The position numbers were made by a program, and so were the translations under genes. A stretch of DNA of 64,000 bases from Candidatus Omnitrophota bacterium (GTDB taxonomy: Bacteria; Omnitrophota; Gorgyraeia; Gorgyraeales; Gorgyraeaceae): the NCBI GenBank assembly GCA_030649895.1, contig JAUSEX010000030.1, forward strand, positions 592-64,591. Direction: 5' to 3'. The notes under the pieces were generated by a model that worked only from the letters and a program-made list of their open reading frames with translations, searched no databases and was not told where the DNA came from. Positions 40,074 through 49,603 of this stretch are shown piece after piece (the first letter of the stretch is position 1; each line of letters begins with the position of its first letter).

Positions 40074-41033
40074 TTAACTCAATATTTTTTGCAACGCGTT
40101 AAATAGATACCCTATAAGAATAATAGCCAAAGTTGTTACGCTGAAAAAAATCGCTATTAATTTCAGCTTCATCGCCCTTCTTAACATGATTGCCTCAGGC
40201 AAGCTTAGCGCCGCTACAGCCATCATAAACGACAAGGCAGTGCCAAGAGGAAAACCCTTTTGGAACAAAACAATCGCGATAGGTAAGATCGCAGCGCAGC
40301 TCCCATACATGGGAACGCCTAGAAGCGCAGCGATAGGTACGGAAAATATGCCTGCCTTGCTAATTATCGCCTGGACCGCTTCCTGCGGGACATAATTATG
40401 AATCAGGGCTCCAAGCCCAACTCCGATCAATATCCAGATCCAGAGTTTGCGCACGATGCTGATCGATTCCTGAACCCCGAAAAGCACCCTCTGCCTGATA
40501 CCTTTATATTTTATCTCTGATATATCCTGCGAATTTTCAGCTGCAATGTCTTTTTCAAGATATTTTTCCAATTTCATCCTGCCAAGGATAACCCCTGAAA
40601 TAATACCGATGGCCATACCGCTTATTACATAAGCCAGCGTAATCTTCCAGCCGAAAAACCCTAGCATTAAAACTACCAGATATTCGTTAACCAGCGGAGA
40701 CGTAATAAGAAACGAAAAGGTTACGCCCAGTGGTATCCCGGCTTTAAGAAAACTTATAAAAATCGGTATTGAAGAACATGAGCAAAATGGCGTAATTGCC
40801 CCGAAAAGCGACGCAAAGAAGTTGCCCCAGCCCCTGGTTCCGGCGATCCAGGCTTTGATTTTCCGCTGCGAAATAAAACTCCTCAAAAATCCTATCATTG
40901 CTATCAACGCGAACAAAAGCAGCATGATCTTAACAGAATCGTAAATAAAAAAGTTTACACTCAATCCCAACTTAGAACCAGAATCAAGCTTTAAAACAGA
41001 GTACGTCAACCAATCAATAATCAACTGCAGCAT
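40074..41033 (-). CDS. ArsP/DUF318-family permease
   Basis: TPFCSCSSIP, FL..SP..N, GVPMY, LSLPE. Confidence 0.88.
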   Translation of the reverse strand: MLQLIIDWLTYSVLKLDSGSKLGLSVNFFIYDSVKIMLLLFALIAMIGFLRSFISQRKIKAWIAGTRGWGNFFASLFGAITPFCSCSSIPIFISFLKAGIPLGVTFSFLITSPLVNEYLVVLMLGFFGWKITLAYVISGMAIGIISGVILGRMKLEKYLEKDIAAENSQDISEIKYKGIRQRVLFGVQESISIVRKLWIWILIGVGLGALIHNYVPQEAVQAIISKAGIFSVPIAALLGVPMYGSCAAILPIAIVLFQKGFPLGTALSFMMAVAALSLPEAIMLRRAMKLKLIAIFFSVTTLAIILIGYLFNALQKILS

Positions 41034-41173
41034 GATTTATCCCCAGGCTTACTATTATTACAGCAGCTCTTGCTGTTCTTTGCCTTTTCTTCTATTTTCT
41101 TATCTAACTTATCGAATAATATCGCGAAGAAAGATTTCTTACTGCTTTTTTTTGCGTTATTATTGTCCTTCAT
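41021..41173 (-). CDS. 50-aa protein with two Cys-Cys pairs (putative metal/metalloid chaperone)
   Basis: Not in ORF track; MKDNNNAKKSSKKSFFAILFDKLDKKIEEKAKNSKSCCNNSKPGDKSCCS; strong SD; overlaps the permease start. Confidence 0.7.
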   Translation of the reverse strand: MKDNNNAKKSSKKSFFAILFDKLDKKIEEKAKNSKSCCNNSKPGDKSCCS

Positions 41174-41205
41174 GAATCCCCTCCTTTTTTTATACAGTCA
41201 TGGCC

Positions 41206-41511
41206 TTATGTATTTTTTCCGCTTCCTACCCTGCAACAGCCCCCTTCAATATGTATAGCCTTGATACTCACCAGGGCGTCCGCTATCTTTTTATGCGCTG
41301 AACTTAAAATCCTGGAGAACGTAGGCCTGGATATCTTCATCAGTTTCGCGGCATCAACATGCTTCAATTCTTCCAGGCAGGCAAGCCTGACCGCCTCAAA
41401 TTCATCAAGAGTCACATGAACACCTTTCAATCTTTTCAGGGGCTTGCATGACGGCCTGAAACATCTTTCCCCGGGAACGCATTTTACCCATCTCGTCTTT
41501 TTAGGCCTCAA
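41206..41511 (-). CDS. DUF134 (UPF0251) DNA-binding protein
   Basis: RPKK.R, F.P, L.DEFEA.RL, AA..M.ISRPTF.RIL..A..K.ADAL. Confidence 0.9.
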   Translation of the reverse strand: MRPKKTRWVKCVPGERCFRPSCKPLKRLKGVHVTLDEFEAVRLACLEELKHVDAAKLMKISRPTFSRILSSAHKKIADALVSIKAIHIEGGCCRVGSGKNT

Positions 41512-41526
41512 AAAGTAGCCCCCTTA

Positions 41527-41548
41527 GTTATGAACGTATGCTCATAAC
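41527..41548. promoter_or_regulatory. Palindromic operator upstream of DUF134
   Basis: GTTATGAACGTATGCTCATAAC, near-perfect dyad just upstream of the DUF134 start. Confidence 0.6.
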
Positions 41549-41589
41549 AGTTTAGCATACCAGGTGCAGCTGTCTACTAAATTTTTATA

Positions 41590-42240
41590 CTATTGAATTC
41601 TCGGGCCGAATATGCCTGCGCCTATCCTGACAAGGCTTGCGCCTTCCTGAATAGCAATATGGTAGGAATCGCTCATGCCCATGGAAAGGTATTTTATGTC
41701 GTAGTTTATCTTTATTCTATCGAAAAGCTGCCTAGCGGCTTTGAAATACTGCCTGTAATCTTCCGGGTTTTCAAAAAAAGGGCCCATTGTCATGAGGCCT
41801 ACGGGTTTTATATTTTTAAATCCTGACATATCTTTTATGAGGTTTTCTGTGTCTTCCGGCAGGACGCCTGATTTATTTTCTTCTTTTCCCGAATTGACTT
41901 CTATTAATACAGGCATTACTTTTTTTATCTCAGCGCAAGCCTTATCTATCGCCGCAGCTATCTCAACCGAATCAATTGTCTCTATCATGTCAAAAATCCT
42001 GACCGCCTTTTTGACTTTATTCTTCTGGAGATGGCCTATAAAATGCCATTTTACTTTTGAGCCTATTGCCCTGAACTTTTCTTCCGCCTCCCGCGTATAA
42101 TTTTCGCCTACTATTTTTACGCCGCCCTCTATCGCCTCTAAAATCTCTTCTACGCTCCTGGATTTAGTTGCGGCTACAAGCTCTACGTGGCCAGGAAGAC
42201 TGGTTAATATATCCCGAATATTATCTCTTATCCTTGCCAT
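41590..42240 (-). CDS. yggS: PLP homeostasis protein YggS/PROSC
   Basis: LVAATK, GENY..E, WHFIGHLQ.NK, GLMTM, LSMGMS, VRIG..IFG.R. Confidence 0.93.
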   Translation of the reverse strand: MARIRDNIRDILTSLPGHVELVAATKSRSVEEILEAIEGGVKIVGENYTREAEEKFRAIGSKVKWHFIGHLQKNKVKKAVRIFDMIETIDSVEIAAAIDKACAEIKKVMPVLIEVNSGKEENKSGVLPEDTENLIKDMSGFKNIKPVGLMTMGPFFENPEDYRQYFKAARQLFDRIKINYDIKYLSMGMSDSYHIAIQEGASLVRIGAGIFGPRIQ

Positions 42241-43000
42241 GCCTTCTATCAGCATCCTCTTTATCCATGGCCTTTACTGGTTTTTTCTTGGCCCAATAGA
42301 CATAGTTCACGGACATGCCCTTAAAGTATCTCCTTATAATATCCATCTCAGGCTTTGGAAGAGACTTTTCGGCGCATTCCCTCAAAGGCGTGTTTATCTG
42401 GACTTCTTTTATGCCGAGCTTTTGCGCCATCTTGACTATCTCTTTTGCGTAAGTCTTATTTTTCCCGACAAACATAATCTGAAGCGCAAGTCTTCCTTTG
42501 TAGATTTCGCTGAATCTTTTTATGCCTTTTACCACATCTCCGAATCTTATGCCCGGGTCAGGCCTGTTGATCTCCCTGAAAAGGTCTTCTGCGTTGGCGT
42601 CGAGCTTCAGCAGGACGAAGTCCGCCAGCAAAAGGTCATCTTGCACGTCGCTTTTATTTATCAAGGACGCGTTGGTTATAACGGCAATCTTTTCTTTTCT
42701 TATTTTTCTGATGCGCTTTATCATGTCGCCCAGATTCCTGGCCAGGGTAGGCTCTCCGTTCCCTGAAAAGGTAATATAGTCCATCTTTGCGTTTTTAGGC
42801 AGGGCTGCGATTTCCTTAGCGACAGCTTCTGTAGAAATAAAAACTTTTCTTCCGGAATTAAAAAGCTTGGTCTCCCCTATCTGGCAATAGGAGCAGTCAA
42901 ACGTGCAGATCTTATCTGTCTGCGATAAGGGATCCACACCCAAAGACCTTCCGAGTCTCCAGGAATATACGGGCCCGTAAATATACTTGAATTTTTTCAT
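42221..43000 (-). CDS. Radical SAM Fe-S oxidoreductase (COG0731/TYW1-like)
   Basis: YGPV.SWRLG.SLGVD, CTFDCSYC, SG.GEPTL. Confidence 0.85.
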   Translation of the reverse strand: MKKFKYIYGPVYSWRLGRSLGVDPLSQTDKICTFDCSYCQIGETKLFNSGRKVFISTEAVAKEIAALPKNAKMDYITFSGNGEPTLARNLGDMIKRIRKIRKEKIAVITNASLINKSDVQDDLLLADFVLLKLDANAEDLFREINRPDPGIRFGDVVKGIKRFSEIYKGRLALQIMFVGKNKTYAKEIVKMAQKLGIKEVQINTPLRECAEKSLPKPEMDIIRRYFKGMSVNYVYWAKKKPVKAMDKEDADRRHGKDKR

Positions 43001-43031
43001 ACTTTCTATTATAACATACTAGGAGGCAAAT

Positions 43032-43583
43032 ATGTCGAAAAAAGCCATTATATTAATTGCGACAGGTTTTGAAGAAATAGAAGCGGTAATCGCGATAGAC
43101 ATCTTAAGAAGAGCGGGGATCGCTGTCACCGTTGCCGGACTTGACAGTATCAGTGTCGCTGGCTCGCACGGGATAACAATAGCCGCGGATAAAAAATTAA
43201 GCGACGCAGGGGATGATTTTGACGCTGTAATTCTCCCGGGAGGGATGCCCGGGGCGCTCCATCTTCATAATTCAAGCGAGGTAAACGATTTTATTAAAAA
43301 CATGAACGCCAAAGGGGTTTTAATTGCAGGCATATGCGCAGCTCCTAGCGTGGTCATGGCGCCGATAGGCCTGTTGGACAATAAGGCAGCCACGTGTTAT
43401 CCCGGAAACCAGATCGATTTCGCTAAGTGCGTAAAATACAAAAACAAAGCTGTTGTAGCGGACGGAAATATTATAACAAGCCAGGGGCCAGGCACTGCGA
43501 TGGAATTCGCTTTTACAATAGTTGAAAAAATTATAGGTAAGGCTGCCGTAAAAAAATTAAGGAAGCATACGCTTGCGGATTAA
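43032..43583 (+). CDS. DJ-1/YajL/PfpI family protein
   Basis: GFEEIEA, DILRRAG, LPGG.PG, ICAAP, ITSQGPG. Confidence 0.92.
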   Translation: MSKKAIILIATGFEEIEAVIAIDILRRAGIAVTVAGLDSISVAGSHGITIAADKKLSDAGDDFDAVILPGGMPGALHLHNSSEVNDFIKNMNAKGVLIAGICAAPSVVMAPIGLLDNKAATCYPGNQIDFAKCVKYKNKAVVADGNIITSQGPGTAMEFAFTIVEKIIGKAAVKKLRKHTLAD

Positions 43584-44809
43584 CCGCCTCCGGCGGCCCA
43601 GCCTGTTGAAAAAGCCGCCTGCAGATTATATCCGCCAGTCCTGCCGTCTATATCAATGACTTCGCCTGCGAAATAAAGGCCTTTTACAATCTTGGATTCC
43701 ATGGTTTTAGGGTCTATTTCTTTCACTGATATCCCGCCGCAGGTAACCATTGCCTCCCGTATCGGCTTCACAGCCTCCACAATCAGCTTAAAGCCTTTTA
43801 ATTTTTCTAAAATAACGCTTTTTTCCTCTTTTGAAACCTGGGCCAATCTTTTATCTTTTTCCACAGGCACAGCTTCTAAGATCCTTTTTACAAGCCTGGC
43901 GGGAACGAACTCCTTAAGGGCATTGCTTATTTTCTTGGCTGGGTTATTTTTGAATTCCTCCTGAAAAGCTAACCCCAGTTCATGATGATTCAGGTTTGGC
44001 TTAAAATCTATCGAGAGAAAAACTTCTTTTCCGGAATCCAGCGTATCGTACACTATATGGCTCATGTGAAGCATGACCGGGCCCGATATTCCGAAATGCG
44101 TAAATATCATCTCCCCTCTGTCTTTATGAATAAGTCTGTCATCGGCGTAAACGCTGATCTCGGCGTCTTCAAACGACACGCCCTGCCACTCTTTTAAAAA
44201 ATTATTCTTTAATATAATTCCCGTAAGGCCGGGCTTTGGTTTTATAACAGTGTGGCCTAATTTTTTTGCTATATGAAAACCAAAACCCGTTGAGCCTGTC
44301 TGGGGATAAGATAAACCACCCGTTGCGAGGATTATTTTCTTTGCGTTGTATGCGGAATTATCTTTCGTTGGGATCTCAAAAACATCGCCCTGTTTTATTA
44401 TATCCGAAACCTCTTTTCTGTATAAGATCTGACACCCTGAATCTTTGACATATTTTACGAGTATGCGAAGTACATCCCCTGCCCTGTCTGTTACCGGAAA
44501 AACCTTTCCATTGTTCTCTACCTTAAAATCAAGGCCTCTTTTCCTGAAAAACCTCAAAAGCTCCTTATTGAAAAATACGCTGAATACGTTTCGCAGAAAT
44601 TTTCCGGATTCTGAAAAATTATTTATAAAATCTTCCAAGTTTTCGCAGCTATTTGTAATATTGCATCTGGTGTTTCCTGATAATAGGAGTTTTTTGCCTG
44701 AGGAATCTGTTTTTTCCAAGAGGAGGGTCTTATTGCCGAGTTCTGCTGAGCGGCCAGCTGCCATCATTCCGGCAGGGCCAGCGCCTATAACTATTACGTC
44801 AAACATCAC
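43580..44809 (-). CDS. HI0933/YhiN-family flavoprotein
   Basis: GAGPAG, GKKL..SG..RCN.TN, ATGG.SYP.TGS.G, FTHFG.SGP, GGYNLQ.A.STG. Confidence 0.92.
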   Translation of the reverse strand: MMFDVIVIGAGPAGMMAAGRSAELGNKTLLLEKTDSSGKKLLLSGNTRCNITNSCENLEDFINNFSESGKFLRNVFSVFFNKELLRFFRKRGLDFKVENNGKVFPVTDRAGDVLRILVKYVKDSGCQILYRKEVSDIIKQGDVFEIPTKDNSAYNAKKIILATGGLSYPQTGSTGFGFHIAKKLGHTVIKPKPGLTGIILKNNFLKEWQGVSFEDAEISVYADDRLIHKDRGEMIFTHFGISGPVMLHMSHIVYDTLDSGKEVFLSIDFKPNLNHHELGLAFQEEFKNNPAKKISNALKEFVPARLVKRILEAVPVEKDKRLAQVSKEEKSVILEKLKGFKLIVEAVKPIREAMVTCGGISVKEIDPKTMESKIVKGLYFAGEVIDIDGRTGGYNLQAAFSTGWAAGGG

Positions 44810-45393
44810 GCCCTGATTTCTTTTAGAATACTGACGCCTAATTTTTTAAACATCTCTTTTAGTTTAGCCATGGGGAGGCCTAGCACATTAAAATAAGAGC
44901 CTTGTATGTCATCAAAGATAAACGAGCCTGCACCTTCTATTGAGAATCCGCCCGCCTTGTCGTATGGCCCAAGCAATTTAAAATATTCCGGGATTTCTCT
45001 GTTCTTAAGCTTTTTTACAGTCACCAGGGATTTTTCATAATCTGAAATCAAGTTTTCTTTTTTAACGTCTACTAAGCAGAGGCCTGTATAGACCGCTATA
45101 GTCTTGCCTGACATTTCTTTCAACATTTTTTTAGCGTGGCTCGCGTTTTCAGGCTTACCGATTACTTTACCGCCTAATAACACCACTGTATCCGCGCCTA
45201 TCACATACCCGGATTTAAACCTTTTAGCGACTGTTTCAGCCTTTATGCGGGCGTTTATCATAGCAACCTGCTCAGGCAACTTACTCACAGTCATATATTC
45301 TACGGCGTTACTCGCAACCACCTTATGCCTGATGCCGCACGAAGCAAGTATCTCCCGTCTTCTTTTTGAGCTGGACGCTAATATAATACTCAT
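44806..45393 (-). CDS. maf: Maf nucleotide pyrophosphatase
   Basis: ILASSS.RR, KA, GADTVV, GKP, DKAGG..I.G, NV.GLP. Confidence 0.93.
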   Translation of the reverse strand: MSIILASSSKRRREILASCGIRHKVVASNAVEYMTVSKLPEQVAMINARIKAETVAKRFKSGYVIGADTVVLLGGKVIGKPENASHAKKMLKEMSGKTIAVYTGLCLVDVKKENLISDYEKSLVTVKKLKNREIPEYFKLLGPYDKAGGFSIEGAGSFIFDDIQGSYFNVLGLPMAKLKEMFKKLGVSILKEIRA

Positions 45394-46847
45394 GGCTTAA
45401 AAAGGAAGTTTTTGAAGGCCCACGGGTTTTTATTGTCAAGGTACGCGTCAGGATTTTCTTTGAAAAATACCTGATAGTTTTTAAAAGGCGTCCAGTCCGA
45501 AGGCTCTGAAATAAATTTTCCAAGATATGGCTTTGCGATCTTAAGTATGTATTCGTAAGGAAGTTCGTCCGGCTCAAGCACTCCCTGATCAGGATTTTCT
45601 ATAGCCCACATAATCCCTGACACAACCCCTATTGCAACCTGCATAGTAGTTGCGTTCTGATGCTTTACCAGCTTTCTGGAGTCGTTTATAGTCAAAATGC
45701 TTCCTGTCCACCAGGAGTTGTAACGATGGCCCATGATAAGCGCGCCCAGCGTATCCGAGCCATTAATTATCTCATCATTCATAATCCTTGTCTTCGGCTG
45801 TAATTCGTAATTCCTGCACCTAAGCTCATGAATAGACGACATGGTATCGTTGGATGGCATATACGCGTAATGAACGGTAGGCCTGTAGATAGCCCTCCCT
45901 TTCCTCCATATAGTAAGCCTGTCTGAAATTGTAAACGCCTCGGCGTGCCTTACAACCATGCCTACTATCTCGCAGTGAGGCACCCATGACCTCACCCATG
46001 TATTCATCCCCATACGAGAAAGAAATATCTGGTTCCTCGGGCCAACTTCCGGAACATTAGCCAGATCCGGCAATTCATTCTCGTGAGTCCCCCATCCTAT
46101 TTCAGCCGGAGAAGTCGCCTCTTCTCTAAGCCCCTCTATGCTCCATGTCCCTACAAATTCATCAACCTCTTTCGGTTTATCGGTAATCTGCGTATCGCGC
46201 TCGCTGCAATGTATGACCTTTATCCCGAGCTTTGCGCTAAGTTCAGGAAATTTATCCTCTTTCAGAAACCTCTCAATAATTCTCTCGTCTTTTTTCAGCA
46301 CAACTTTGTCTTTCAAAACCCTGCAGGCTATATCCACAATACCTTTTTTCGTAAAATGCGAAATAAGCCCCGGGTTCGCGCCATGATCCAGCACAGCTGT
46401 GGTAGTTTTCTGATCAGTGTTCCATCTGGAGATAAGCCTCCAGATCTCCATCTGCTTGTAATAAAGGGATTTTTCAAAAGGCGTCTTCTTTTCGATATTG
46501 GCGTAAGGATCCCATTCTTCAACCGAGGTGTTGACATAAAGAACTTTATTGTCATGGCACCAGCTTAGCATGCTCACAGAATCCACATTCCACGAAAGAT
46601 CTACGATAAGCCCGCCCGAAGCAACATGCTTAGAGAGGGTCCTGGCTATGTTTACTGGGGTAATTTTTTCCTGAAAATACTTTACGCCTTTATTGACCCA
46701 CGGCATTATCTCTTCGTGTTTATCCGCAAAGTCTATGACAGTAACATTTTTGTAAGGGATATCGATATGCTTCAGGAGAATCGGCAGGGTGCATCTTCCC
46801 ACTGAACCATAGCCTACCATTAAGATTTTATTTTTGAATTTCATCAT
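45390..46847 (-). CDS. hss: Homospermidine synthase, paralog 1
   Basis: G.GSVG, YVNTSVE.W, HGANPG, ERDTQ, TWS.EG, AE.GWG, H.EA, RPTVHYAY, NATT.QV. Confidence 0.88.
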   Translation of the reverse strand: MMKFKNKILMVGYGSVGRCTLPILLKHIDIPYKNVTVIDFADKHEEIMPWVNKGVKYFQEKITPVNIARTLSKHVASGGLIVDLSWNVDSVSMLSWCHDNKVLYVNTSVEEWDPYANIEKKTPFEKSLYYKQMEIWRLISRWNTDQKTTTAVLDHGANPGLISHFTKKGIVDIACRVLKDKVVLKKDERIIERFLKEDKFPELSAKLGIKVIHCSERDTQITDKPKEVDEFVGTWSIEGLREEATSPAEIGWGTHENELPDLANVPEVGPRNQIFLSRMGMNTWVRSWVPHCEIVGMVVRHAEAFTISDRLTIWRKGRAIYRPTVHYAYMPSNDTMSSIHELRCRNYELQPKTRIMNDEIINGSDTLGALIMGHRYNSWWTGSILTINDSRKLVKHQNATTMQVAIGVVSGIMWAIENPDQGVLEPDELPYEYILKIAKPYLGKFISEPSDWTPFKNYQVFFKENPDAYLDNKNPWAFKNFLFKP

Positions 46848-47653
46848 GACTTATGATTAACAGTTTACAACAATTTTAAATTTAAGTCAAACGTTGTAAA
46901 ATTTTGTTTGATTAAAAAAATATTTTTGATAAAATAAACCTATCGATTTTTTAAAGCTTTGGGAGGCGCGATGAAGTTCGCAGGAAAAATTCTTGTAATA
47001 GGGTGTGGTTCTGTTTCGCAATGCGCAATACCGCTCGTATTAAAAATTATAGATGCCCCGCCGGAAAATATCACCATAATGGATTTTACGGATAACAGGC
47101 CCCGCGTAAAGGACAGCCTGGATAGAGGCGTACGTTACGTGATTGACCGCATTACCCGCGAAAACTATCCGAATCTTCTAAAAAAATACGCAGGCCCGGG
47201 CGATCTCATAATTGATCTGGCGTGGAATATAGACTGTATAGAAATGCTTCAGTGGTGCAGGGATAATAAGGTGCTATACGTAAATACGTCCGTCGAGGTC
47301 TGGGATCCTTACTCAATAGACGCCAAAGACCCGAGAAACCTGACCCTTTATGTCAGGCAGATGGAAATACGCAAGCTCGTTAAAAAATGGGGCGACAACA
47401 ATGGCGCCACAGCTGTCGTAGACCACGGGGCAAACCCCGGGCTTGTGTCTCATTTCACAAAAATCGCCTTAGAAGATATTGCCAAAAAAATTATTTCGGA
47501 CAAATCGAAAGATAAACGCGTAAAAGCATTAAAAGACGCGCTGAATAACAAAAATTATCCTGAACTCGCGAGAAATGCCGGGGTCAAAGTCATACACATA
47601 AGCGAACGCGATACGCAGATTACCGATAAACCGAAAGAGGTTGATGAATTTGT
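46153..47653. repeat. Perfect 47-bp inverted repeat pair (46153-46199 and 47607-47653) inside the two hss genes
   Basis: cgcgatacgcagattaccgataaaccgaaagaggttgatgaatttgt is identical in both coding strands. Confidence 0.9.
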
Positions 47654-48416
47654 CAACACCTGGAGCATCGAAGGATTTTTTGAGGAAGGCATAGCCCCTG
47701 CGGAGATGGGCTGGGGAACTCATGAAAAAAATATCCCCGAGAAGGCCTGTTTTCACAAGTCTGGCCCTAAAAATCAGATTTGTCTGAAAAGCATGGGCGT
47801 AAACACCTGGGTGCGTTCGTGGGTGCCTGATTGCGAGATAGTGGGAATGGTCATCCGCCACGGCGAAGCGTTTGGGATATCTGACAGGCTCACGGTATGG
47901 AATAATAAAGGAAAAGCTGTTTACCGGCCTACTGTCCATTACGCGTATTGCCCTGCAGACGCTGCTATAATCTCCCTGCATGAGCTCGAGATGAGGCGTT
48001 ACAACCTTCAAGAAAAACAAAGGATAATGAATGACGAGATCATAAAAGGAGAAGACAGGTTAGGGGTCTTGCTTATGGGCCATGATTTTAATTCATGGTG
48101 GATAGGAAGCCTTCTGGACATCGAAGAGGCGAGAAAACTCGTGCCTCATCAGAACGCAACCACGCTACAGGTCGCAATATCAGTAGTGGCTGCTGCCGGA
48201 TGGATGATTGAAAATCCGAATAAAGGCTTTAATCTCCCTGACGACCTGCCGCACGAAGACATAATGAAAATTTCAAGGCCGTACCTCGGGCCCTTTGTTT
48301 CAAAACCAGTTGACTGGACTCCGTTAAAGAACTATGATAATACTTTCAGGACGCTTGGCCTTGAAAAACCAAAGCTTAAAGATGTTTGGCAGTTCACGAC
48401 ATTTTTAATACCTTAG
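46971..48416 (+). CDS. hss: Homospermidine synthase, paralog 2
   Basis: Same motif set as paralog 1; GGGAGG SD before MKFAG. Confidence 0.88.
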   Translation: MKFAGKILVIGCGSVSQCAIPLVLKIIDAPPENITIMDFTDNRPRVKDSLDRGVRYVIDRITRENYPNLLKKYAGPGDLIIDLAWNIDCIEMLQWCRDNKVLYVNTSVEVWDPYSIDAKDPRNLTLYVRQMEIRKLVKKWGDNNGATAVVDHGANPGLVSHFTKIALEDIAKKIISDKSKDKRVKALKDALNNKNYPELARNAGVKVIHISERDTQITDKPKEVDEFVNTWSIEGFFEEGIAPAEMGWGTHEKNIPEKACFHKSGPKNQICLKSMGVNTWVRSWVPDCEIVGMVIRHGEAFGISDRLTVWNNKGKAVYRPTVHYAYCPADAAIISLHELEMRRYNLQEKQRIMNDEIIKGEDRLGVLLMGHDFNSWWIGSLLDIEEARKLVPHQNATTLQVAISVVAAAGWMIENPNKGFNLPDDLPHEDIMKISRPYLGPFVSKPVDWTPLKNYDNTFRTLGLEKPKLKDVWQFTTFLIP

Positions 48417-48418
48417 CC

Positions 48419-49546
48419 ATGAAAAATAAATCCGGCGGCATAGAAAATCTGATACGTAGAATGCTGAAAAAACACTCATCTCCTCTTATGCTGATACAGG
48501 AAGACGTGCTTGAGAGGCAATTCAGGGCTTTCCGTAAAGCCCTGCCTGAAGTCACGCCTTACTACGCTATCAAAGCAAATCCTTATCCCGGAATAATTAA
48601 AAAGTTTATTGAATTAGGCGCTGGCTTCGACGTAGCAAGCGCCAACGAGATGAATGTTGTCCTGGAACTCGGAGCAAGCCATGACAAAATAATTTTCGCC
48701 AATACTATAAAATCCCACGAAGATATGCGATCCGCCTGCAAGAAAAAAGTAAAGCTCATGACCTTTGACAATGAGTCGGAATTATACAAAATAGCGAAGG
48801 CCTGCCCGGGCGCAAAAGTCATCATAAGGATCAAGGTGGCAAATATCGGCAGTATCGTAGAGCTCTCTCTTAAATTCGGGGCTGATCCGGAGCAATCGAT
48901 ATCCCTGCTGAAAAAAGCAAGGTCTTTGGGGCTGAAGCCCATGGGCGTAAGTTTTCATGTCGGATCGCAATGCACTAACTCCGAAAATTATTTACAGGCC
49001 CTTGAGGTGTCTTCCGTGATATTCAACGAAGCGAAACAATCAGGGATATTTTTGAACATACTGGATATAGGCGGCGGATTCCCTATAAAACATTTTGACG
49101 CTGACAACCATCTTACATTTGAGCGCATGGCAAGCCAAATAAGGAAAAAATTGCAGAGACTCTTTGACAAAAACGTGAAGTTCATCGCTGAGCCTGGCAG
49201 ATTTTTTGCAGGCCCTGCCGGAATACTCGTAACACAGGTAATAGGGAGGGCTTTTAGAAATAATAAAAACTATTACTACCTCAACGACGGGCTATATGGA
49301 GATTTTTCCGGCATAGTATTTGATCATTGTAAATATGAATTCAAGACCTTAAAAAGAGGCCAAAGATTCTTAAGCACCCTGGCTGGGCCTACGTGCGATT
49401 CATTTGATACGATTTCCTTAAGCGAAGACCTTTCTGAGCTTGATGTGGGCAATGTAGTCTACGTGAAAAATATAGGCGCTTATTCATGTGCAAGCGCTGT
49501 GCCAAACTTCAACGGCTTTAAGCCTGCAAAGATCGTAATGTGCTAG
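48419..49546 (+). CDS. Fold-type III PLP ornithine/lysine decarboxylase
   Basis: YAIKAN, FDVAS..E, KFG, FHVGSQ, DIGGGFP, EPGR, GPTCDS.D, GAY. Confidence 0.92.
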   Translation: MKNKSGGIENLIRRMLKKHSSPLMLIQEDVLERQFRAFRKALPEVTPYYAIKANPYPGIIKKFIELGAGFDVASANEMNVVLELGASHDKIIFANTIKSHEDMRSACKKKVKLMTFDNESELYKIAKACPGAKVIIRIKVANIGSIVELSLKFGADPEQSISLLKKARSLGLKPMGVSFHVGSQCTNSENYLQALEVSSVIFNEAKQSGIFLNILDIGGGFPIKHFDADNHLTFERMASQIRKKLQRLFDKNVKFIAEPGRFFAGPAGILVTQVIGRAFRNNKNYYYLNDGLYGDFSGIVFDHCKYEFKTLKRGQRFLSTLAGPTCDSFDTISLSEDLSELDVGNVVYVKNIGAYSCASAVPNFNGFKPAKIVMC

Positions 49547-49555
49547 TATATAGCC

Positions 49556-49603
49556 TATCCGACTCCGTGAATCGCCGTACAGGGCGACTCACGGAGTCGG
49601 ATA
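49556..49603. repeat. Palindrome between convergent genes (bidirectional terminator/REP)
   Basis: tatccgactccgtga..tcacggagtcggata; contains the stop of the minus-strand gene. Confidence 0.75.
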
